Shown: positions 51,975 to 64,000 of the stretch, piece after piece
Layout of the letters: every line of letters starts with the position of its first letter
Numbering within the stretch: position 1 is the first letter of the stretch
Source of the DNA: Camelus ferus
Lineage: Eukaryota
Length of the DNA stretch: 64,000 nt
Assembly (NCBI RefSeq): GCF_009834535.1
Contig: NC_045707.1
Location: 56,608,001 to 56,672,000 of the forward strand
Direction: 5' to 3'
Program-made: the position numbers and the translations under genes
The notes under the pieces: model-generated
Databases searched by the model: none
What the model saw: only the letters and a program-made list of their open reading frames with translations
What the model was told of the DNA's origin: nothing

Positions 51975-52945
51975 CATAAAAAAACAAACAACCCAAACCA
52001 AAAATGGGCTGAAGACCTAAACAAGCAATTCTCCAGTGAAGATATACAAATGATCAATAGGCACATGAAAAAATGCTCAATATCACTAATTATCAGAGAA
52101 ATGCAAATCAAAATCACAATAAGGTATCACTTCATACTAGTCAGAATGGCCATCATTAAAAAGTCCACAAACAATAAATGCTGGAGAGAATGTGGAGAAA
52201 AGGGAACCTCCTACAGTGTTGGTGGAAATGCAGTTTGGTGCAGCCACCGTGGAAAACAGTATGGAGATTCCTCAGAAGACTAAAAACAGACTTACCATAT
52301 GATCCAGCAATTCCACTCCTGGGCATATTTCCAGAGGGAACTTTAATTCGAAAAGATACATGCACCCAAATGTTCATAGCTGCACTATTTACAACAGCCA
52401 AGACATTGAAGCAACCTAAATGTCTATTGAAAGATGACTGGATAAAGAAATTGTGGTATATTTATATAATGGAATACTACTCAGCCATAAAAAGGACAAA
52501 ATAATGCCATTTGCAGCAACATGAATGGACCTGGAGATTGTCATTCTAAGTGAAGTAAGCCAGAGAGAGAAAGAAAAATACCATATGATAGCACTTATAT
52601 GTGGAATCTAAAAAAAAAAAAAAAAAAGACAAAAACTTATTTAAACAACAGAAACAGACTCACAGACATAGAAAACAAACTTACGGTTACCAGGGGGAGA
52701 AGGGTGTGGGAAGAGGTAAATTGGGAGTTTGAGATTTGCAGATACTAAAGAATATATATAAAACAGATAAACAACAAGGATACAAGTATAGCAGAGGGAA
52801 TTATATTCAGTATGTTGTAATAACTTATAGTGAAAAAGAATATGAAAATTAATTTATGTATGTTCATGTATGACTGAACTATTATGTTGTGCATCAGAAA
52901 TTGACACAACACTTCAAACTAACTCTACTTCAATAAAAAAAGAAA
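51975..52945 (+). mobile_element. Young 5'-truncated LINE-1 (about 1 kb) with complete 3' UTR and A-rich tail
   Basis: ORFs 52050-52283 and 52178-52504 cover the ORF2 C-terminus ([48 protein letters not shown]). Ends cttcaataaaaaaag. Confidence 0.95.
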
Positions 52946-54169
52946 CAAGATTAAAATATATATTTAAACTTTTTCCCAAGGAATACTACAATATACTAAA
53001 TAATCAGCTTTTGCCCTAGTATAACATTTAAGTAATTTTTGAGAGGAGGAGGAGAGAACAAAAAGACTATGATTTCCTTAATTCAGTACCTTAGTATGTA
53101 AAATATCTGCACATCCTGAAAGCATATATATATATAGCATGTTACTATACATCTATGCCATAAAATGCCCTGAAGAACTTAAAAACAGACAGTTAAGGCT
53201 TAAAATATCAAAGGTAATTTTACCACACTAGAGGGATATTTCTGAATTCCATGTAATTTTCAATTAAGTACTTACACCAAATATCATGAATAATTATATA
53301 CTCCTCTAAATTTATGTAATACCACTTTGATGTATGGAATTTCTATGACTTTAACACATTAGAGGAAGTACTTACAAAGTTAGGAATGATTTAATCAGTG
53401 TTTGTATATAGTTATAAACTATTTGGGGAAAAGCTTGGAAAGAAATCAGAGAAAATCAGTTTAGAAAGGGTTTACCACATATTGTTTACTGCATGCAATC
53501 CTTATTTGCACACAATAATCACAGTGGTTTTCCATTGTTTCTATATATAGTGCTTTATAATTAAAAAAAATTATAAGCCTCTAAGTGAGTTTTTGAATTG
53601 TGTTATCAAACTTGTAGTTTTCTTTTCTCAAACCAGTCATAAGTTCCAAAAGGACAGAACTTCTTCTCATCTAACTTTGAATGAACATCAATCAGTATCT
53701 GGTACTCATGGCTGCTTGACTGGATTAAATTGAACTACATGAAAAACTTCTGGGGTCTGATTTTAGAAGACTTATATTCACATTCTAGCTCCACTATAAT
53801 CTGTGGGATACCGAACTAGTTACTAACACTTTGGGTCTCTGATTTGTCAGCTGTGAAATAGGGATCTAATATGCTCTAGCACACTCTGTAATTTACATAT
53901 TATATGTATTGTCTGTATTCTCCACCTAAATGTAAACTGCATGAAGGTAATATTCTTTGTTTCCATTCACTGGTGTATTTCATGAATACAAAATTGTCAC
54001 AATATTCTTTCTAATAAATACTTGCTAAATGCCTAAACAATTTCATAAATCATTTTGACATTGTGTGATATTGAAAATTACATACTCTCCAGTAGTTCCA
54101 CTTCCAAGTACACACACCCAAAAGGAACTTTAGCACATTCACACTAGGAAATATATACAGTACAAAATA

Positions 54170-54845
54170 TATTAGAAACTCCTACAACTCCACAGCAAAA
54201 AAGCAAATAACCCAATTTTTAAAATGGCAAAGGACATGAATAGACATTTCTGCAAAGAAGTCATCCAAATGGCCAACAGGTATATGAAAAGATGTTCAGC
54301 ATGACTAATCATCAGGAATATGCCAATCAAACCACCAGATATCAGCTCACACCTTTTAAGATGGCTACTATCAAAAAAAAAAACCTCAAAATGTAACGTG
54401 TTGGCTAAACTGTGGAGAAACTGAAACCTTTGTACACTATTGTTGGGTTTGTATAATGGCACAGCTGCTATGGAAAACAGAATGGAGTTTTTTCAAAAAA
54501 TTAAAAATAGAACTGCTATATGATCCAGTAATACCACTTCTGGGTATGTATCCAAAAGAATTGAAATCAGTATCTCAAAGACATATCTGCCCTCTCATGT
54601 TCACTGCAGCATTATTTACAATAGCCAAGATATGGAAATAACTCAAATGTCCATCAACAGGTGAATGGTATCCATGAAAATGTGGTATATCCATACAATG
54701 GAATATTACTGAACCTTAGAAAGAAGGAAATTTGCTATTTTCAACAACATGGATAAATCTGGATAACATTAGGCCAAGTGAAAAAAGCCAGTTACAGGAG
54801 GAAAAGTACCACATGATTCTACTTATGTGAGATATCTAAAAAAGC
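54170..54845 (+). mobile_element. L1MA-like ORF2 C-terminal fragment inside older L1 remnants
   Basis: ORF 54456-54641 reads LWKTEWSFFKKLKIELLYDPVIPLLGMYPKELKS...MFTAALFTIAKIWK. Confidence 0.9.
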
Positions 54846-57800
54846 TGGGAAATAGGAAGACTAGGAGATAGTTAAGTACAGAAAAATACACAATAAAACT
54901 GTGTTGAGTGAAAAATGCCATTTCAACAGACCACATATGGTGATAAATATAAAACTCAGAATACAGATTTGATTAGAGGAGGAATGTATAGTAAATAAAA
55001 ATTAGGGTTAATGTTACTTTTTAAGTGGTATTAGATTTATAGTACTATTTGTTTTTATAAAGAAAGAAAACAAGACAGAAAGATTATATGTACCAATGCT
55101 AATAGTGTACTGTGAACTACTTGCTGTTTTATAGTAAGCTATTTATCTAATTCTCTGCACTTAAGTTCCAAACAGGAAAAAAAAAGAATAATACTCTTTG
55201 AAATTTGGGAAGACATTGTTTATATTTTCCTTCGTCGTGCTTCAACTTTCCTTTCATTCTCTTCTCATTAGAAAACCTAGGAATGTTCAGGGCAATCATC
55301 TTTTACCTCCCTGTCCTGGGTGTTGCAGGTCTGATACGAACGAGTGTTCAATAAACTATTTGAGTAAAGTTGTAACTGTGGTATAGAATTAACAAATCTT
55401 CAAGTGTGACCCAGAATATCAAATATCAGCCTAGTCATGTAATTTCAAAAAGTAGAAATTCTTTTCTCAGCATGTAGATATCATAGTAGGAGAATTTAGT
55501 TCAGCAAAGAACTTTCTTCAAAAAATAATGAAAAACAAAAGTAATTTAATTTTAATACCACCAGATTCTCTGGTTTTTAAAATAGTTAGAAAAAAGTAGA
55601 AATACGAGTAAGTAACTACATAGATGAATTTAAATGAAAATAGCTAGCAACATGATGGAATAATATTTAAAAATCAATTTCTCTGAAGTATTGTCAAATT
55701 TAATTTGGGATGTTTTGGCCACTAAGAACTCTCATTTGGCTCTCCAAATGGAAATGTTTCTTTTACTGCTTTTAAAATATTTATGTGTATTTTAAAATTC
55801 AGCAGTATCTTGGCTTATGAATTTTATTTTACCTTATAGACATAACACAGTAAATGTGATGATGATGTTGAAGATAATACACTGTTTAGCTAAAACACTT
55901 TCTGAAAATAAGAATTAAAAAAATATTTTCATGAATGTGTGCACTAGAAAACCAATGAAAAATAAAATCCAGGTCAAATAATAGGCATAATTTAGAAAAG
56001 AGCCTAGAATTTTAGTCTTTATTATTAGCCATGTTTTTCTTACTGAAAGAGACTCATGAAATATACTCTAATATTCATAGGAGTCCAAGGAGAATAATAG
56101 GAGTTCTGCATTTCCAAACATGCTTAGCTTTCCAAACATGCAGTAACATTATGCAGCAAATTGTGTAAAAACAATGATAATTATTTTGTAACCAAAGGGA
56201 AGATGATAAATGGGAAAAGCCAAGATTTTTCGCTAGAAAATACTTTATGCTTTCCATAATGAGATAGAAAGTTTACTCTATCACTTTCCTGGTTCTTTAC
56301 ACTGTAAAAGGACTAGATAAAATGAACATGAATAACTGTCTCCAGTGATAACAATATAAATACCATCACTAAAGGCTTAGTAAAAATGTCTAATTAGGAA
56401 ATGGTTTATGATTTTAAGTATTTAAGTAATTGCATGCAAAAATTTCCATCTTGATTTTAGACCACTAATTAAAGTGAGTTCATATTTTAAATTAAAAAAA
56501 AATAATCTAAACATTTCACATGGAGCCAATGCTCAAAAATAAAATACATTTTGTCATTGTTTTTTCCTAGAGATGTTAGCCAAAATTAGCCTTGATGATT
56601 ATTATAATATAATCAATTCAGATGACAGAAGTAAGCAAAGAAACATTAAAATCATTTAACACATTGAAAGTATTTTCTCATGTTTTTTATTAAATATATA
56701 ATATCCAAGTTCTTGTGATATACTAGGAGTTCTTATTCTATTAGCTCAAAACTCTCTATATCTTCACAGTGCATAATCCATTTGATATTGATAAACAATC
56801 TGCTGATTATTTCTTGTATTAAACATAATTCCATTTTGATCAGTAAGAAAGTTGTAGCTCACTTGAGAAGAGAGAAGAAAACCAAATCATAGTGGATTAA
56901 CTGATTTGCATGCTCTGAGATGTTACCAGCTGCTACTCTTAATAATAAATGAAGTCATCACTTTCAGCAATCTGGAAAATAAACTAAAATAATTATCTTT
57001 TCAATTTTGATTTAACTGAATTAATGGGAGGGCAATAAACATTCTCCCAACTGAAAAAAGCTATAGTTCACTGACAACCAGGTCAAGTGTGCATTTTTCA
57101 CAATGGCCTAATTTATTGGTATGCATATGCACTGAAGTGAAGAAGACCTCAGAGGGCCTTAATGCAGAGGCCCAAGAATAAAACTCAAAAACCTCTGTAT
57201 TGACAGTAGCCAGGTATTACTTAAAGGCATTGTCCTGAGATTAATACTCATTTCTGACCTTATTTTATAGTAATAGCTAACATTATCAAACACTTTAACT
57301 TGCTTTTCTGGTACATTAACTATCACACTTAATCACCAAAATATACCTAAAAGAAGACTGGTGCTATTATTGTTTCTATTTTAAATGTAAGGAAAGTGAA
57401 ATGTATTCACTAATCCAAGGTCACATAGTAATGACAGATCTGAATTTATGCAGTCTTTCTGATTCAGAGCTTGAGAGGTTTTTTTTTTTTTTTTTTTTTT
57501 TGCCTGTAATGCTGACTTCCTATGTGTTCATGATTAAACCACTATATATGTTAAGGAATTAATATGTAGATCTCATATTTGTTTTAAGAAATGTTTTCAA
57601 GAGAAACAAAACAACTGTTTATATCTGCAAATAGCATAGCAGCCACAATCTAGTGCCATAATACTTAAGATCTCAATATTCCAGAAGACAGCACTAAAAG
57701 TACCTTGTATGTAAGTTAAAATATTTAATTTATTCAATCTTATAAGTTAGTATTAGATACCAAGCTATAACAACTCAGGGTTACAGTGTGCGATCGTGGT

Positions 57801-58094
57801 GATGTACATGCCCAGCTTAAGTGAGCACTATTCAGACTGCAGACTATGCCAACTTCTGTACACAAACTTCCAATACTTTTTAAACTTTTGATTTCAATGA
57901 GCTAACACTGGAACATATACCTTTTCTATGTATTTCACTAAGGAAAAAATAATCTGGAGTTAGAATTTACCCTCTTCTAATCAAAGAACCAAAATACAAA
58001 TTAAGAACAATGTAATCTTACATGTCAGACCCTTAAATATGTTTAAATAGAGACCAAAAGCAATATGTCAATTGTAAGAAGTTAGATTTTTCTA

Positions 58095-58320
58095 GGGAAG
58101 GGGTAAGAGTTCTGGAATCAGTCTGTTTTAATAAGGATTCTGGTTGTCCTTACTAGAAGTTACTTAACTATTTTATATGTCAGGCTCCCATCTATAAAAT
58201 AAAGGTAACAATAGCACCTATCTCATAATTAGTTTTGAGAATTCAATGAACTAGTGTATGTAAACCCCTAGGCACAGTGCTTGTGATATTGACTAGTTCA
58301 ATTAGTGTTCAGTAAGTGTT
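58095..58320 (+). mobile_element. MIR SINE
   Basis: ttctggaatcag...ccatctataaaataaaggtaacaatagcacctatctcata...gtatgtaaacccctaggcacagtgc. Confidence 0.7.
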
Positions 58321-58369
58321 CACTAGTTTTAAAACAAAATTGCAAATATAGCAGAAATAATTGCTTGTT

Positions 58370-59020
58370 TTATAAATAATTCTTACAAATTAATGAGAAA
58401 AAATAAAATAAATTATAACTAAAATAGAAGTATGCAAACAAAAGAGAAAATATAATTAGTACCTAAATGTTCATTTTTAAAAATTCAACCTGTCATTATC
58501 AAGTTAATGCAAAGTAAGGCAACCTGAAAAAATGTTTCTTATGCACTTGAAAAATAAATAATATTTATACTGGAAAATGTGATATAAAGTAGTTTTATCC
58601 TTCACTGATAGTGACATTGTGATTATATGCTTGTATTAGAATATATTAGGCAATATGTATTAAAAGCCATCTTTATGTTAATGATCTTTGATCCAGTAGT
58701 ATCCATACTGTGGATCTTGTCTAAAATAACCCTGATATACATAAATCTATTCTAATAAGGGAATTCTTACATAAATAATAGTTTATGTAAGAATATTGCA
58801 TACTATTAAAAATAAACACTGAAGAATTTGTAGCAAAAAGGAAAATTCTTGGAGTTTTAAGTGAAAAAGGGAGTAGAAATTGTAAATATGTAATAAGAAA
58901 AAAAAATCCTAGATTGATGTACATCACGTCACAATAGTTGTATTAAATTGATAACATTTTGAGTAACTTTTTCTTGCCTCTTTCCATATTCTGTAATGTG
59001 GTTATAATACTTTTATAATT
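58370..59020 (+). mobile_element. Ancient L1ME-like 3' fragment
   Basis: ggcaatatgtattaaaagcc...ctttgatccagtag...ttttaagtgaaaaag. Confidence 0.55.
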
Positions 59021-59899
59021 TTAAAATATATAATACAACTGATATTAAATACATTTATGATTATTTACATTGCCTACATTGGAAAGTTATATTGAGAAAC
59101 CATGGTGGCAGACCAAAGAGGAAACATATCAAAACTGTCTGATAATTAATTTTTAAAGTATTAAGTATTTAATATATGAACAATAAATAATATAAAATAA
59201 AATATTACTCTTTGGGAATTCTGTAAATAAAAATAATACCTAACGTCCTTTAGTGTCTATCACAAATCAGGCATTATGCTCCACAAAGGGGATACAAATG
59301 TTAAAGGTTTAAAACATAGAATGTCCTTTCAATAATTTCAGGGGACATACAGAGAAAAAAAGTTGAGCTTAGGAGTTTAGAAAATATGTTGTGCAGGAGT
59401 TGACATTTTAGCCCAATCCTGAAGGATGAGGATTGCTTGATAAACCAAAATGCTAAGAGGCAGAGAATACAGCATGAGCAGAGATAATGTAGAAAGAAAT
59501 ATCATAGAAGAGGTAGTTCGGCATTATTATTACATAAATTACCAACAGGAGTAGCCAGAGATGAAGGCAGAGAGTTAGCCAGGTCATGGGAAAGCATATA
59601 TACAATACTTAGGAAAAATAAGCTCAATAGTTCCTCTCTTGCTTTGGATCATGGACCTCTGATCACCCAATGAAAGTAATTAACAGACTTCCCTTCAAAA
59701 TTGTATACATAAATAAACACACTCAATTAGTTTGCATACAATTTTAGAGAGTTCACTGAGCACCTGAAATCTGTTAATTGACTCTGAATCTTGCAACAAG
59801 TGAAAAACAAAACAAAACAAAGCAACAAAAAACTGATCTCATTAATTAAGCCAAAATTATGGCAGAAAAAAAAAGAGTTGTAATTTCTTTACTCTACCA

Positions 59900-60620
59900 G
59901 AAAGTCTATCAGTAAATCTTGCTTGTTCTAATTCTCAAATACATTCCAAATTAATCCACCTTTTCCCACCTTCAAAGCCCCCTACCAGACCTAAACCACT
60001 CTTTGGCTACCCAGAGGACCTCTCAAGTTGGTATCACTGTTTCCATTCTGCCTTCCTGCAATCTGTTCTCTGCACTACAGCCAGAGTGATGTGTCTGAAG
60101 ACTGTAAAGGCATTTTACTGCTTTTTGATTAAACCCACAGCAAGTACTGGGTCCACAAGACTGGTGCTCTGTCCAGGGCTGACTTCCCCAACTTCATCTG
60201 ACACCCTGCTCTCCTGTTGTGCCTACGCTCTAGCCTACTGGCTTCTACATCTGTCCACTTACCAAATTTGTTCCTATCTCAGGGCTATAAATCTGCTCTT
60301 TCCTCTGCATTATATACTTCCCCCAGACTTTTCACGACTGAGTCCTTCCTAGAATAAAATTATGAGCTCAAATTTTTACTCCTGAGAAAGAAATTCTTTA
60401 ATAACTCAATAAAAGTACCCTGCTACCCTCTAGTCACTTTCAATAATGTATTTTTATAGCAATTATTACTATCTGGATACACTGTGATTATTTATGATTA
60501 TTTACATTGTTAGTTTTTTTCTCCCTTTCCCCACACACACCCCTAAGTAGAATTCGCCTGTTTTCTCCTCACAATCCTTACCTGCCTGGCATATAGTAGG
60601 GAGTTAATAAATGTCAGTTA
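59900..60620 (+). mobile_element. LINE-2 3' region
   Basis: aatctgttctctgcactacagccagagtgat...cctatctcagggc...tgcctggcatatagtagggagttaataaatg. Confidence 0.75.
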
Positions 60621-61951
60621 AACCAATTTCTCTATATAATTGAGGCTATGTATACTGCAGTATTCAGACTATGTCCAAAATATTAGCTTCCATGTGTGTC
60701 CCGAACAAATATGTTAAAAGAATGGATGATATATTTTAGTACTGTTTCATGTTGACATTTCTGAGATGGACAATTGACCTTTGCAAATGGATGTAAGTTT
60801 ACATACAGCACTCTATTTTGTTTTTCAACTACTTCTTTTAAAAGAAATGACTTAAACAATTTTACTTAAGAGTCTGAAATTTCTTTATATCTAAAAGGAA
60901 CATAAAATTCTGGTCTTTTTTTCCTATCTAGCTCTTCCGCCAAATCGTTTTCCTGCTTATTTGAAGTATAAAACAAACATTGCTGAAAATTGTTTTTCAA
61001 CATTGCTACTTAGTAGGTACCATACAGTTAGTCCCAAGTATATGGAACTAGTGAAAAAAAATTTAGAATTATAGATTTTTAAGTGCTAGAAAAACAATGA
61101 TTAACAAGTAGCATAACTTCCAATTTAAAAAAAAATTCATTATGAAATATGGATGGGATGACCATATGCTTTGGTTTGCCTGATATAGGTCTAGTTCTAG
61201 GCATTGAACAGGATCTACTGAACAAAAGACTTTGAAAATATATAACATAAAGACAGTATGTGAGTATGTGGTTTGGAATATAGTAACAAAACTTTTTTTC
61301 ACGTGGGAAAGTAATTGGATTTTGGAGCCGGTAAGAACTGGAAGACTGGAATAATCTGATCAGAGGTACAGTGCTTTAACTAATATAACTCTTCTAGGCC
61401 TCTCGTTTTAGAATTCATTCATTTCTCTTAGGTAAATCAGTATTGGATCTAACAGACTCACTACTGAAGTGAAAGCATACATATTAAATTCCCAATCAAC
61501 ACCAAAGGGCTGTACTACTCGTGTTCAGGAACATTGTCTTGTGTTTTGTAATAAAAAAGGATTTGGGGATTTCTTTCCCTGTGATTGTGAAGATATTAAG
61601 CAAAATTTAAGAAATATAACTTCTGTTTTTCTTTAAAGGAAACACAATTTTATATCTTTCAATTTATGCATGGATATTTCAGTCATATTAAATATGAAGC
61701 AGTTTACTTAAATTTCTCAGCAAATGTCCCTAGTAGTAGAAACATAATTGGTCAGGAAATCTTCACTCTTGAATATGTCTCTGGAAAAGTCCATTATTAT
61801 TTCAGAATGCTAAGTTACCTAGGTGTTTATATTTTTTCTTCATTTATAAATTAATTACAAAAGGATTTTGGAAAAATTGCTGACTTATATTTGTCATTTT
61901 AAAGTCATTATTTCTCAGTTTACACTGTTATCCAGTTCTAAATATATTCTT

Positions 61952-62164
61952 TTTTTTTAACTGATTTTTAAAAATACCTTACCTTTTATTTTTTTTATAT
62001 TTTGGGGGAGAGGGAATTAAGTTCCTTTCTTTCTTCCTTTCTTCCTTCCTCTCTTTCTATCTGTCTATCTATCCATCTATCTTTTAATGGAGGTACTGGG
62101 AGTTGAACCCAAGGCCTTATACATGCTAGGCACACACTCTACCACTGAGTTATACCCTTCCCCA
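61952..62164 (-). mobile_element. tRNA-derived SINE, camelid vic-1 type, with internal simple-repeat expansion and extended 3' tail
   Basis: Minus strand reads ggggaagggtataactcagtggtagag...gggttcaactcccagtacctcc. Perfect 20-bp TSD ccagttctaaatatattctt at 61932-61951 and 62165-62184. Confidence 0.9.
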
Positions 62165-63399
62165 CCAGTTCTAAATATATTCTTCTGCAAGGAGATCTTT
62201 TTGGAAATTCTACAGACAAAACCATCTTAATCATTGATAGAAAATACAGTTAATTTTTCAACTCCCAAATTTTATCTCAGAACAAAGAATTTTTAATGCT
62301 TATTTTCAGTCTATCTTTCCTCAGACTATTGTCTTCCATGAGTGTATTTGGGGAATATGTTTTATTATTTTTTTTAATTTATAAAAAGTGTCAAAGTAGC
62401 AAATATAGTGCAGTTACATTGTTCATTACTGTGCAAAAACAGATCCTTAATTTAAATTTACAATCAGTACCACTGGCTTGGATTTATAATACTTCCTATA
62501 GAATAAAACAGAAAGTAGAGATCATTTGCCAATTAATTGGTTGTGAAATACTCTAGTGAAAAGTACTGGTTTGTGGATGACAGAAATGCTATATGACTGT
62601 AAGGAGCTGGAGGATGATGGTTTGTCATAAAAGAGTGCTACTGTGAAAAACAAGAAACTGATGACAGATATTCTGAAAATGACTGAGAAAATGACAGCCA
62701 GGGCAAAGAGAACTCCTAAGAAATAACATGTCTGATATAAACTGTCAAATAGTAACTTCAATATGAAATTAGATGTATATATCTGACAAAATTGATAGAC
62801 TGTTGATTATTAAATGAATTACTGAAGATTTGACTAGACTCCACTGAAAGGACAACCAGAAAAATGTAGTATTATCACTCTGTAAAATTAACTATTGGGT
62901 TATTTTAGATATTGACTCTCTTCTACACACATGAAGGCTGGAAAACAATTGCTGAACCCCTATCTGGTCATTTTTAGTACATTATCTGAGGCCAATATAT
63001 AGAGTTGCTGCCTGCTGGTTTTGGAGATGATTATCAATTTGGGTCATTCATTTGTTGATTTATGAAATAATTACAGTAATAAATATAAAAGAACAGGCAT
63101 TTATTGTGCAAAACCCTGGAGATTCACAATTGACAGAATAACTTGTTTTCTTCAGATAACATGAAATACTTCTTGAATCAAATTGCATACTGTTAACATG
63201 GACTTACAAGTTGGGTTTGTTATTTAAATTCTCTCAAGTTAGACACTTTTTTCAGCTATCTTATAGAAGGAACTGCTTGATAAGGTAACTAAGCAAATAT
63301 CAAGAAATATTTCACAGTGAAAACATTACTGATAACATTTACTAAGCTTTTACTCTGGGTAAGGCTATATATTAAATCATTCCTCATAACAAACTTAGG

Positions 63400-63720
63400 T
63401 CTGTTGTATTGGTTAGACTGGGGAAAATTATTTTAACAAATGGCTCATCCCAATGGCTCAATTAAATAGTCAAGAGGGATTATTCATGGTAGGTATGCAG
63501 GGGTTCTCCATGCAATAATTCATCTGCCATTGGCAAGTGAAATGAGAAAGAAAGCATGAAGGAAAAACACTCTTCATAATATTGGCTCAGAAGAGAAAAA
63601 AATCATTTCTGTTCAGATTCCATCAGTAAGAACTAATAACATGGCCACATCTGTCTACAGTGGGAGCTGAGAAATGTAGTTTACAGAAGGGCAAAACTTG
63701 CCCAGCAAAACGTGACTAAC
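63400..63720 (-). mobile_element. Old MLT1-like LTR fragment, followed by a MIR core at about 63770-63850
   Basis: catttctgttcagattccatcagtaagaacta...atggccacatc...gagctgagaaatgtagtt, then cattttactgatgaggaaactga. Confidence 0.55.
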
Positions 63721-64000
63721 ATATAAGGAAAGAGAGTGAACAACTAACATACCTGCCTAATACATGATACTATGATCCACATTTTACTGATGAGGAAACT
63801 GATTTGCAGAACTGTTAAGAAACTTGCTCAAGATTACATAGCTAATAAGTGATATATTTCAGACTTTCATTTGAGAGAGAGCCTTTTTATTTCTTGTCTC
63901 TTAATTCTCAACTACTATTTTAATTAATTTATATTAAATTGCAAGTTGCTTTTAGAATATCCTTAGTGTTCTCATGGTTATATTTTCTATTTCCCTAACT

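Noticed and set aside
1..64000. CRISPR array, operon, phage or other prokaryotic-type system; CpG-island promoter
   Set aside because: No regularly spaced repeats, no gene-dense coding and no CpG-rich segment; the sequence is mammalian repeat-rich non-coding DNA.

Overview
This is AT-rich, CpG-depleted eutherian mammal genomic DNA, not microbial. It is most likely camelid (alpaca/llama/camel): two tRNA-derived SINEs match the camelid vic-1 type, and I saw no Alu, B1/B2 or Bov-A/BovB elements. The window is intergenic or deep-intronic and dominated by transposon fossils: L1 of several ages, L2, MIR, ERVL/MaLR LTRs, an ERVL integrase/dUTPase remnant, a near full-length Tigger1, a Tigger2-family element and hAT elements. 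Many are nested and several keep clear target-site duplications (TSDs). I can support no protein-coding gene, functional RNA gene or CRISPR array. Every recognisable ORF in the track is a decayed transposon fragment. I found no evidence of a new biological system. The best second-look items are small: a duplication-inversion-duplication micro-rearrangement, a SINE with a 3' extension inside a 20-bp TSD, rearranged L1 fragments, and a speculative set of minus-strand micro-exons. Subfamily names come from my recall of consensus sequences and need RepeatMasker/Dfam confirmation. Boundaries without TSDs are approximate.
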